From: Promethearchaeota archaeon
GTDB taxonomy: Archaea; Asgardarchaeota; Lokiarchaeia; Sigyniarchaeales; SOKP01
Reading direction: 5' to 3'
NCBI GenBank assembly: GCA_048937405.1
Contig: JBHLNF010000001.1
Span: 1 to 64,000, forward strand
Length of the DNA: 64,000 nucleotides
The notes below the pieces were generated by a model. It was not told where the DNA came from. It saw nothing but the letters and a program-made list of their open reading frames with translations, and made no database searches. The position numbers were made by a program, and so were the translations under genes. How positions within the stretch are numbered: the stretch's first letter is position 1; each line of letters begins with the position of its first letter. Shown here piece by piece: positions 50,146-59,034 of this stretch.

Positions 50146-51903
50146 TTGTTATATAAGGAGGGATTTAGGGAAGTTGCTCAAAAATATTCAGGAGATCTTG
50201 ATAAGATATTGAAATATTATCAGGAATTATTGAAGACCAAAAAAGAATCAGATGACCAAAAAGCTATAGCATTTATACTTAATAGGATAGGAAAAACATT
50301 CTATAAAAAAGGAAATTATGAAGAAGCAATGAAAAATTTCAAAATTGCTTTAAAAATCTATGAAAATTTAGGATTCCTTAAACAAAAAGCAGAAGTATTG
50401 ATAAATATAGGAAAAGTATATAAATTTGAAGAAGATTGTGATGAAGCTTTAGATTATTATCTTGATGCTTTAGAAATTGATGAACAATTAAATAATCTCT
50501 CCGGAAAGACAAGAGATATAAATGAAATTGGATTATTATTTAAATTCATTAATGAATATGATGAAGCTTTAGAAAATTTTGAAAAAGTATTAAAAGAACT
50601 TGAAGAAATAGATGATTTAGAGATAAGAGCCTCTACCTTAGCTTATATTGGGGCAACATTAAAAGACCAAGGTAAAAATGAGGGGGCTTTTAACTATTTC
50701 TACGAATCATTAGAAATTTACAAAAAATTTATGAATATTACAAAAAATGCCGAGGAATTTTATAATAATATTAAAAAATTAAGAGATATTAAACGCTTAG
50801 ATTATATTAGTAACGTATTTGAGATTTCAGATATTATTGAGCATCCTATGAGAAAAACTATCTATGATATAAATGTATATTTAAAGTATATTGATCTCAA
50901 AACCGCCTTAGAATTCTATAATTTATTATTCAATGAATCTATCCATTCAGAAAGACCATCCAAATCTTATTCTGATCTTAGAAATATAGGACAAGCGTTA
51001 AAAGCAAAAAGTTATTATGCCCAAGCTTTAGAGTTCCTTAAAAAAGCTTTAGAAATCATAATAGAAAAAGGAAAAAGTAAAGAAGTAGATTTCAGGAAAG
51101 GAATATTACAGTGTCCAAATCCCGAATGCAACCAAGAATTATCAATTAAATTACCTGGGATTCTAAATGCAATCTTTGAAATATGTTCAAGATGTAAAAC
51201 ACAATTTTCTATATGGATGTTAAATCAAAATGATTCTAAAGGTATTCTTAACATAATTTCTAGAAGTGTTTCTAATAAGATAAGTTCTAACATAAATATT
51301 GAGCTAGAAAGTAAACGAGGAAAAGAAAGTGATACAAAAATGTTAGATAATATACATAATACGATTATGATAGTCAAGGAGATTGGAGTTTGCTTTTATC
51401 GACTTAAAGATTATCTTAATTCTGCTAGATATTTCTTACAAACAGCAAATTTATATAAACAAAAAGAAGATAAAAATAGTTCCAAAAAGTATTTAGATTA
51501 TGTTATTAAATTATTACCGGGAATTGATGTAAAAAATAGACAACTTATAGAACATGAAATTAATCATCTTTCAAAAGTTTCTCCTGAAAGCCTAAGAAAA
51601 GCAACGCCTTTTCATACTTTTACTTCCTGTCCAAATTGTCATCGTAGGTATAAAGTTAATATTGTCGATATCACCATCGCAATATTAATTTGTCCTCGGT
51701 GTTCAGCAAAATTTTCAGTATATTTTAATAAAAGTACACAAGAATTTTATACTAATATTTTAGAGAAACCAAAAATTAAAGCATTAAGCCATCCTGACCA
51801 GAAAGAAGGGGATTTAGTTAAGTTCTGTGCCAGATGTGGACTGAATTTAGGTATTATCGTAAAATATTGTATAAGGTGTGGTTTAGAGATAATAAGAGCG
51901 TGA
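50146..51903 (+). CDS. TPR protein with C-terminal triple zinc-ribbon module (paralog 1)
   Basis: 40-aa TPRs; CPNPEC..CSRC, CPNC..CPRC, FCARC..YCIRC. Confidence 0.9.
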   Translation: MLYKEGFREVAQKYSGDLDKILKYYQELLKTKKESDDQKAIAFILNRIGKTFYKKGNYEEAMKNFKIALKIYENLGFLKQKAEVLINIGKVYKFEEDCDEALDYYLDALEIDEQLNNLSGKTRDINEIGLLFKFINEYDEALENFEKVLKELEEIDDLEIRASTLAYIGATLKDQGKNEGAFNYFYESLEIYKKFMNITKNAEEFYNNIKKLRDIKRLDYISNVFEISDIIEHPMRKTIYDINVYLKYIDLKTALEFYNLLFNESIHSERPSKSYSDLRNIGQALKAKSYYAQALEFLKKALEIIIEKGKSKEVDFRKGILQCPNPECNQELSIKLPGILNAIFEICSRCKTQFSIWMLNQNDSKGILNIISRSVSNKISSNINIELESKRGKESDTKMLDNIHNTIMIVKEIGVCFYRLKDYLNSARYFLQTANLYKQKEDKNSSKKYLDYVIKLLPGIDVKNRQLIEHEINHLSKVSPESLRKATPFHTFTSCPNCHRRYKVNIVDITIAILICPRCSAKFSVYFNKSTQEFYTNILEKPKIKALSHPDQKEGDLVKFCARCGLNLGIIVKYCIRCGLEIIRA

Positions 51904-51951
51904 AATTAGTATAAAAAAACTATTAAAATAAAAAGATATGAGAGATAAATT

Positions 51952-54900
51952 ATGTCCAAGAAAATAGCATTTGAAGTGCAAGAATTATATAATAAAGCAG
52001 AAGTTCTTATTGAGAAAAAGAAATATGAAGAGGCACTATCAATTCTAAATAAGGTGTTAAATATCGAACCTGAATATGCTGATGCAATGAGTAAAATAGG
52101 AACTGTACATACATTACTCATTTTCAAGCAAATGTCAAAAGAAGAAGTCATTAAACTTTCCGAGAGAGCATTAGAGTTGAATAATCATTCTCCAGTAGTA
52201 TGGACACAAATGGGAATAGCTCATATGATAAAGATTGAATTTGATAAAGCAATCACATGCTTTCAAAAAGCTATTAACCTTAAACCCGATTACTCTAAGG
52301 CTTGGAATGGAATGGGAGTTGCTTATTTAACCTTAAAAAAATATGATATAGCGATTGAATGTTTACAAAAAGCAATTACTATCAAACCAGATTACGCCAT
52401 GGCATTTAATAATATTGGATTGACTTATTTGAATAGAAAAGATTATGTTAGAGCACTCGAATACTCTCAAAGAGCAATAGATATCGATCCAGAAATATAT
52501 AATCCTTGGAATAATATTGGAATAGTCCATCTGAATAATAAAGCGTATAATAAAGCACTTAATTGCTTTCAAAAAGTAATCGATCTCAAACCAGATCACT
52601 TCCAAGCTTGGAATGGTATGGGAGTTGCTTTTTTAGCAATAAGAGAATACAATAAAGCGTTCGAATGCTTTCAAAAGACTATTGAGTTTAAATCTGATTT
52701 TTTCGCTGCGTGGAATAGTATGGGATCGATTTATATAATTAAGAAAGAATTTGATAAAGCACTCGAATGCTTTGAAAAAGCTGTTAAACTCAAACCTGAC
52801 TCTATCGCTTCGTGGAATAATTTAGGACTAATATACCTAAACCTAAAAAATAGTGATAAAGCACTTACCTGCTTTCAAAAAGTAATCGATCTCAAACCAG
52901 ATCACCTCAAGGCATGGAATAGCATAGGATTAATTTATAAGAGTAAAAAAAAATATGGTAAAGCTATTGAATGCTTAGAAAAAGCACTCGAATTTGATCC
53001 AAATATAATAAATCATGTTGCCTATCATTCACAAATAGGCTACTTTTATTTTCAACTAGGGCAGTTTGAAAAAACTATTGAAGAACAAAATAGATCTTTA
53101 GATCTTAAAAAGGATTACCCTCCTGCAATATGGGAAAAAAGCTTAGCGTATAGGAAGTTAAAAAAATATCAAAAGGCAGTGTTTTGGATGCAAGAATATA
53201 TAAAACTGAAACCTAAGGAGCATCTCGCTTATTATCAAATTGGATTAAATTTACGCAATCTTGGAAATTATAAAGAGGCCATTAAAGCCCATAACCATGC
53301 ATTAGATTTAAAAAAAGATTTTGCGGTTTCCATGTTTGAAAAAGGTAAGTTGTATATACAACTTGGGAATTTTAAAGAAGCAATAACGCCTTTGAGGGAG
53401 TATTTGACGTTAAAACCTAATGATCATTCAGCTTATTATCAATTAGGATATTGTCTACGTGAAATCGGACAATATGAAAAAGCTCTTCAGATACAAGATT
53501 GCGCATTAAAAATCAAGAAAGATTATATTCCTCCATTATGGGAAAAACATTATTCATACATACAGTTAGAAAAACATCAAGATGCAATTAATCAATTAAA
53601 AAAATCGTTAGAATTAAAACCTAATGACTTTTTGGCTTATTATTTAATTGCAGAAAGTTATATGAACCTAGAAAAATGGGGAGATTGCCTCGAAGCGATT
53701 AATAAAGCATTGGAGTTAAAACCAAGTGATAAAGATGCATTAATTCTGAAAAAACAAATTTCATTGGTAAAAAATATAAATGAAACTGATTCAATTGATG
53801 AAAAAATTAGATTAGCAATTGCTTTGGATGAAAATCAACCTGAACTTAAAATAAAAGATGGTATCGAAGAGATTTTAAAAGATTTCCGAAACTTTTTACG
53901 AGAGGAGGGACCTTCGATGAATGAGCTTTCTGAGGCATTAAAAATCGCAAAAGATATGGATTTCTCCTTAAAAGATGCATTTCAAAGTGAAGAATTTAAG
54001 AAAATGGTAAAGGATAATCCAGACATGAAGAATTTTTTGCAACCTTTATTAGAACAAATACAAGCAGGACCGGATAAAATATTACCGGGAAGTGATACAA
54101 AAATAATGAGAGAAATCTTAAAAGATAATGCTTTAGGAGGATTTGCAGAAGTTATGAGTGATGTTTCAGATCGTATGGCAGATATTGATGAAAGCATTAT
54201 AGCTATTGACGAAGCCATTCAAGAATATAGGAAGAAAGGTAATAATGAGATGGTTGCAAAATTTCTTTTGAAAAAAGGAAAAAATTTAATTGAATTAGGA
54301 GAAATCAATTCTGGGATAAATGCAATAGAGGAAGCTCTAATAAAGTTTGAAAAGTTAGGTAATAATAAGGGAATTGTAAAGAGTTTAATTGAAAAGGGGA
54401 AGTATGAAATATTTAATAAAAATTATGAAATTGCAATTTCTTATTTAGAGAGAGCAACTAAAATAGCTCAAAATATCAAAAATAAAAATTTAGTCTTATA
54501 CTGCTGCACATATGTCCTATTGGGATATTTGGAATCAGGAAAAATAGAAGAGTTAGTAAGGTTTTTCGCAGTTAACGAAAGGATCTTTGATAATTTCTTT
54601 AAAATGGAAGGGATAGAAGACCAAGAATTAATTCTTTTATATTTAGAAACTTTTGGTAGAGCATCTATGAAAATTTCCAAAGATTACGAAAATGCACTTA
54701 CAATTTTTCAAACAATGGAAAAATATGGAATAATTTTTTTTAAGTCAGTAGAGGTGGCAAAAGCACACTATTATGAGGGATTATGTTATCATAGATTAAA
54801 AAGATACTCCGAAGCGTTGATAGAATTTAATAAGGCGTTGGATCACATTCAAAAGCAAATCAAGGGAAAAGAATTAGATTTTAAAGCCGGAGTAGTAAAA

Positions 54901-55692
54901 TGTCCAAATACAACATGTAAACAAGATATTCAAATTAAGATAACAGGTATCACCGGAGCAATAATAGAAACCTGTACAAATTGTAACACACAATTTTCTT
55001 TATGGGTTACTGAACCCCAAATATCGAAATGTTATTTAACTGTTCTTTCTGATGATATTAAAGTTGAAAATAGTTCAATACATTCAATTTACTTACAAAA
55101 GAAGAAAGGGAGAAAAACAAGTACAAAAATTGCGAATTTATTAAATCTTGGTGCTATGATTACATCACAGATGGCTTTTTCTTATAAGGATAAAAATGAA
55201 TACCTTAATGCAGTAAAAACTTTTTTCCAAGCAGCAAGCATGTATCAGGCACTTGGATTAGTAGAACAAACTGAAATTAATTTAAATGAAACTCGAGGAT
55301 TATTTCCAAAAATCGAAATTAAGGACCAAGAATTATTAAACCATGAAATACAACGACTTTTAAAACAGACTCCTGAGAATTTAAGAGGTAGAGATTTTAC
55401 ATACATTTTCATTTCATGTCCAAATTGCGGTACCGAACATCAAATTAGAGCAAGTTTAACAACTGTAGCAGATGAATTCTGCTCTAAATGTCAAGTAAAA
55501 TTCTCAGTGTTTTATAATGACGAAACTCAAGAATTTTACACCAATATTTTAGAAAAACCGAAAATTAAAACATTAAGCCAAGCTGAGCGAAAAGAAACTG
55601 ATTTAGTTAAGTTCTGTGCAAGATGTGGACTAAATATAAGTATTATCGCACGATTTTGCACGAGATGTGGATTGAAAATAGTAAGAGAATAA
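51952..55692 (+). CDS. Large TPR protein with C-terminal triple zinc-ribbon module (paralog 2)
   Basis: About 17 34-aa TPRs (W-N-x-x-G, LKPD), acidic linker, more TPRs, shared C-terminal module. Confidence 0.92.
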   Translation: MSKKIAFEVQELYNKAEVLIEKKKYEEALSILNKVLNIEPEYADAMSKIGTVHTLLIFKQMSKEEVIKLSERALELNNHSPVVWTQMGIAHMIKIEFDKAITCFQKAINLKPDYSKAWNGMGVAYLTLKKYDIAIECLQKAITIKPDYAMAFNNIGLTYLNRKDYVRALEYSQRAIDIDPEIYNPWNNIGIVHLNNKAYNKALNCFQKVIDLKPDHFQAWNGMGVAFLAIREYNKAFECFQKTIEFKSDFFAAWNSMGSIYIIKKEFDKALECFEKAVKLKPDSIASWNNLGLIYLNLKNSDKALTCFQKVIDLKPDHLKAWNSIGLIYKSKKKYGKAIECLEKALEFDPNIINHVAYHSQIGYFYFQLGQFEKTIEEQNRSLDLKKDYPPAIWEKSLAYRKLKKYQKAVFWMQEYIKLKPKEHLAYYQIGLNLRNLGNYKEAIKAHNHALDLKKDFAVSMFEKGKLYIQLGNFKEAITPLREYLTLKPNDHSAYYQLGYCLREIGQYEKALQIQDCALKIKKDYIPPLWEKHYSYIQLEKHQDAINQLKKSLELKPNDFLAYYLIAESYMNLEKWGDCLEAINKALELKPSDKDALILKKQISLVKNINETDSIDEKIRLAIALDENQPELKIKDGIEEILKDFRNFLREEGPSMNELSEALKIAKDMDFSLKDAFQSEEFKKMVKDNPDMKNFLQPLLEQIQAGPDKILPGSDTKIMREILKDNALGGFAEVMSDVSDRMADIDESIIAIDEAIQEYRKKGNNEMVAKFLLKKGKNLIELGEINSGINAIEEALIKFEKLGNNKGIVKSLIEKGKYEIFNKNYEIAISYLERATKIAQNIKNKNLVLYCCTYVLLGYLESGKIEELVRFFAVNERIFDNFFKMEGIEDQELILLYLETFGRASMKISKDYENALTIFQTMEKYGIIFFKSVEVAKAHYYEGLCYHRLKRYSEALIEFNKALDHIQKQIKGKELDFKAGVVKCPNTTCKQDIQIKITGITGAIIETCTNCNTQFSLWVTEPQISKCYLTVLSDDIKVENSSIHSIYLQKKKGRKTSTKIANLLNLGAMITSQMAFSYKDKNEYLNAVKTFFQAASMYQALGLVEQTEINLNETRGLFPKIEIKDQELLNHEIQRLLKQTPENLRGRDFTYIFISCPNCGTEHQIRASLTTVADEFCSKCQVKFSVFYNDETQEFYTNILEKPKIKTLSQAERKETDLVKFCARCGLNISIIARFCTRCGLKIVRE

Positions 55693-55750
55693 AAATAGGT
55701 GTTTAATTAATAATAAAATTTTGACTTTTCACTCACATAAAGGATAAAAA

Positions 55751-58018
55751 ATGGAAGATTCGAAAATTCTATGGAATAAAGCTCGAGAATATTATAAAAA
55801 ACATAATTATAGAGAAGCAGCTACAATTTTTCTCAAAGCAGCTCAAATCGATTTGAAAATGGGAAAAAGAAAAGAAGCTTTAGCAAAATTTACTTTTACA
55901 GGAGCATGTTTGTATAATATAGGAGAACTGGATGGAGCGTTGATGAATTATAAGAAAGCATTGGAAATTGCCGAACAATTGGGCGATAAAAAGGGAAAAG
56001 CCATTATAGTGAACAATATCGGGTTGATATTACAAGATAGGGGAGACCTGGATGGAGCATTGAAAAACTATAAGGAATCGTTGAAAATTGATGAACAATT
56101 AGGTAATTTGAAGGCAAAATCTACTAGATTAAACAATATCGGTTTTATTTTAAAAGAGAGGGGAGATCTGAATGGTGCATTGAAATATTATAAAGGCGCT
56201 CTAGAAATTGCTGAGAAATTGGGTGATAATGAGAATAAAGCAATATATTTAAACAACATCGGCTATATTTTACAAGATAGGGGAGATCTGGACGGAGCAT
56301 TGAGGTATTATAAAGAATCATTGAAAATCGACAAACAATTGGGAGGTTTAAAGGAAATTGCAATTGATTTGAACAATATCGGGTCTATATTACAAAATAA
56401 GGGAGACCTGGATAATGCTTTGCAATGCATTAAGGAATCCTTAGAGATTGCTGAACAATTAGGGGATAAAAAGTTAAAAGCTACAAGATTAAATAATATC
56501 GGTTTTATATTAAAAGATAGGGGAGATCTGGATGGAGCATTGAAGTATTATAAAGAATCGTTGAAAATCAACGAACAATTGGGTGGTTTAAAGGATATGG
56601 CAATTAATTTGAACAATATCGGGTTGGTATTACAAGATAGAGGGGATCTGGAAGGAGCATTGAAAAATTTTAAGGAATCCTTAGAGATTGCTGAGCAATT
56701 AGGGGATAAAAAGTTAAAAGCTGTTAGATTGAATAATATCGGGATAAATTTATACTCTAGAGGAGATCTGGATGGAGCATTGAAAAATTATAAGGAATCC
56801 TTAGAGATTGCTGAGCAATTAGGGGATAAAAAGTCAAGAGCTATTAGATTGAACAATATCGGACTGATATTACAAGATAGGGGAGACCTGGATGGAGCAT
56901 TGAAAAATTATAAGGAATCCTTGGGGATTGCTGAACAATTAGGGGATAAAAAGTTAAAAGCTGTTAGATTGAGCAATATCGGTTTTATAATAAAAAAGAG
57001 GGGAGATCTAGATGGAGCATTGAAATATTTTAAGGAAGCTTTGGAAATCGATAAATACTTAGGCGATATAAATGGAGAAGCCATAAGAATGAGAAATATC
57101 GGATTAATATCAAAAGATAAGGGAGATCTGGACGGGGCGTTGAAGTATTATAAGACAGCCTTGGATTTAATTCAAATACAAATAAAAGGAAAAGAGTTAG
57201 ATTTTAAGACAGGACAGATTTTTTGTCCAAATCCACCTTGTCAACATCCTATCCAGATCAAATTTGTAGGAGATTTAACGGTTTTTATTCAAACTTGTCC
57301 AAATTGCTTGACACAATTTTCAGTATGGATGACTGATCCTAGCAGTTCCAAATATATAATAAGTGTATTTTCAGAAAAAATGTTGGAACAGAGGAAAATT
57401 GTATCTGGAACAATAAATCTGCGGCATCAGTCAGGAAAAGAGACACAAACTACAATTTCAGAATGGTTGCATGATGGGGCGATGATCACTTCTCTTATTG
57501 CATATTGTTTAAAGCAGAAGGGAGATTTGTTAAATGCCTGTAGTTATTATTTTCAAGTAGCAAGCATGTATCAAGCACTCGGATTAATAGACAAAGTAGA
57601 AAAAAATTTAAAGTTACTTGAAAATTTATTTCCAGAGATTTCAGGGGAGAATCAAAACAAATTCTCTCATGATATAGCTCAGCTTCGCAAACAAACCTCA
57701 GAAACTTTAAGATCGAGAGATTTTATTTACATTTTTATTTCATGTCCAAATTGCGGTACCGAACACCAAATTAGAGCAACCATTACAACTGTAGCCTATG
57801 AGCTCTGCTCTAAATGTCAAGCAAAATTCTCAGTGTTTTATAATGAAGAAACTCAAGAATTTTACACCAATATTTTAGAGAAACCTAAATTCAAAACAGT
57901 AAGCCAACCCGAGCAAAAAGAGACTGATTTAGTTAAGTTCTGTGTAAGATGTGGGCTGAATGTTGGAATGATTGCTAAATTTTGTACGAGATGTGGATTG
58001 AAAATAGTAAGAGATTAA
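55751..58018 (+). CDS. TPR protein with near-identical 40-aa repeats and C-terminal triple zinc-ribbon module (paralog 3)
   Basis: LNNIG...RGDLDGALKxYKESLEIAEQLG repeats; shared C-terminal module. Confidence 0.92.
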   Translation: MEDSKILWNKAREYYKKHNYREAATIFLKAAQIDLKMGKRKEALAKFTFTGACLYNIGELDGALMNYKKALEIAEQLGDKKGKAIIVNNIGLILQDRGDLDGALKNYKESLKIDEQLGNLKAKSTRLNNIGFILKERGDLNGALKYYKGALEIAEKLGDNENKAIYLNNIGYILQDRGDLDGALRYYKESLKIDKQLGGLKEIAIDLNNIGSILQNKGDLDNALQCIKESLEIAEQLGDKKLKATRLNNIGFILKDRGDLDGALKYYKESLKINEQLGGLKDMAINLNNIGLVLQDRGDLEGALKNFKESLEIAEQLGDKKLKAVRLNNIGINLYSRGDLDGALKNYKESLEIAEQLGDKKSRAIRLNNIGLILQDRGDLDGALKNYKESLGIAEQLGDKKLKAVRLSNIGFIIKKRGDLDGALKYFKEALEIDKYLGDINGEAIRMRNIGLISKDKGDLDGALKYYKTALDLIQIQIKGKELDFKTGQIFCPNPPCQHPIQIKFVGDLTVFIQTCPNCLTQFSVWMTDPSSSKYIISVFSEKMLEQRKIVSGTINLRHQSGKETQTTISEWLHDGAMITSLIAYCLKQKGDLLNACSYYFQVASMYQALGLIDKVEKNLKLLENLFPEISGENQNKFSHDIAQLRKQTSETLRSRDFIYIFISCPNCGTEHQIRATITTVAYELCSKCQAKFSVFYNEETQEFYTNILEKPKFKTVSQPEQKETDLVKFCVRCGLNVGMIAKFCTRCGLKIVRD
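55922..57180 (+). repeat. Intragenic 120-bp tandem repeat, 11 units
   Basis: GGAGAYCTGGATGGAGC-like core recurs at 55922, 56042, 56162 ... 57122. Confidence 0.92.
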
Positions 58019-58197
58019 GGATATTATCATGTTCTATTTTTACTTAAAGGCTTTATCGTATCCTTGAATAATGTTTATTTGATAATAATTTAAAAAATCT
58101 TTAAAGGTTAAGGCTATTATAATATAATCTAATTTATCCATTTTAATATCATTAAAGAGTAACACTGAATTTTGCATATACCCAAAAAAATCTTATT

Positions 58198-58938
58198 TCA
58201 TAAATAAGATTCACGTTCTTCTGTACTAATTTTTGCCTGCCCTAAATTATGTAAATCTTTTGAAGAGAAATTCTGAGCTAATAAATCCAAAATCATTTCT
58301 TTTAAAAATTCATTCTCTTTCCCTTTAGAAGAAAATTTATTTAATAGTGATTTTTCAAGGTTGTCAATTGCCTTCTTTTGAAGATTATTAAAATTTTCAA
58401 GTGACTTCTTTTGAGAATCGTTCAAATTTTTCATAGAATTTTCTAACGTTTTTTTTAGACCCTTAAACCACTCTTCTTGTTTTTCCTTCAAGCTTTTAAT
58501 TAAATTCTTTTCTTTTTTCTCCTTATCTTTACCTGCTTGGTTATCCTTAGTTTTTCTATTGAGAATTTTATCTTTAAACTTGGTTTGAGAAAGATTTTTC
58601 CATTTCTGGGTCGTAATTTTTTCGTTATTCATTTGTAAATCTTGAGGGTGATTTTCATGATTCTGAGTGTCCTTTGGGTGACTTTCTAATGACAAACTTA
58701 GAGATGATTTTTTCCATTGATGATTAGTAACTTTTTTTTGATCTGGTTTTTTTTTTTGGATTAGAGTTGTATTTTCTAGCAGGTTTTTGGATTTTTTATC
58801 AGTAGGCTTTTTTAAATTAGGACTTATTTTCTTTATATTTTTTATACCTGAATTTTTACTGGAAATCTTATTTTTTTTATAAAGAGTGGAATTATTAGTT
58901 TTTTTTTTGCTGGGAGTTTTACGCATTTTTTTATTCAT
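58198..58938 (-). CDS. Lys-rich low-complexity / coiled-coil hypothetical protein
   Basis: 246-aa ORF downstream of the HerA-like gene. Confidence 0.6.
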   Translation of the reverse strand: MNKKMRKTPSKKKTNNSTLYKKNKISSKNSGIKNIKKISPNLKKPTDKKSKNLLENTTLIQKKKPDQKKVTNHQWKKSSLSLSLESHPKDTQNHENHPQDLQMNNEKITTQKWKNLSQTKFKDKILNRKTKDNQAGKDKEKKEKNLIKSLKEKQEEWFKGLKKTLENSMKNLNDSQKKSLENFNNLQKKAIDNLEKSLLNKFSSKGKENEFLKEMILDLLAQNFSSKDLHNLGQAKISTEERESYL

Positions 58939-59034
58939 ATTTCTTAATCACTTACTTAAGTTTTTATAAAATAGTAAAAACTACTGATAAATTTGAGATA
59001 AACAATAAAAACTAAACAAAAAATTAAGAAGGGA

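Noticed and set aside
55922-57180. CRISPR array or DGR
   Set aside because: The repeats are in-frame 120-bp coding units without unique spacers; no cas or reverse transcriptase gene in the window
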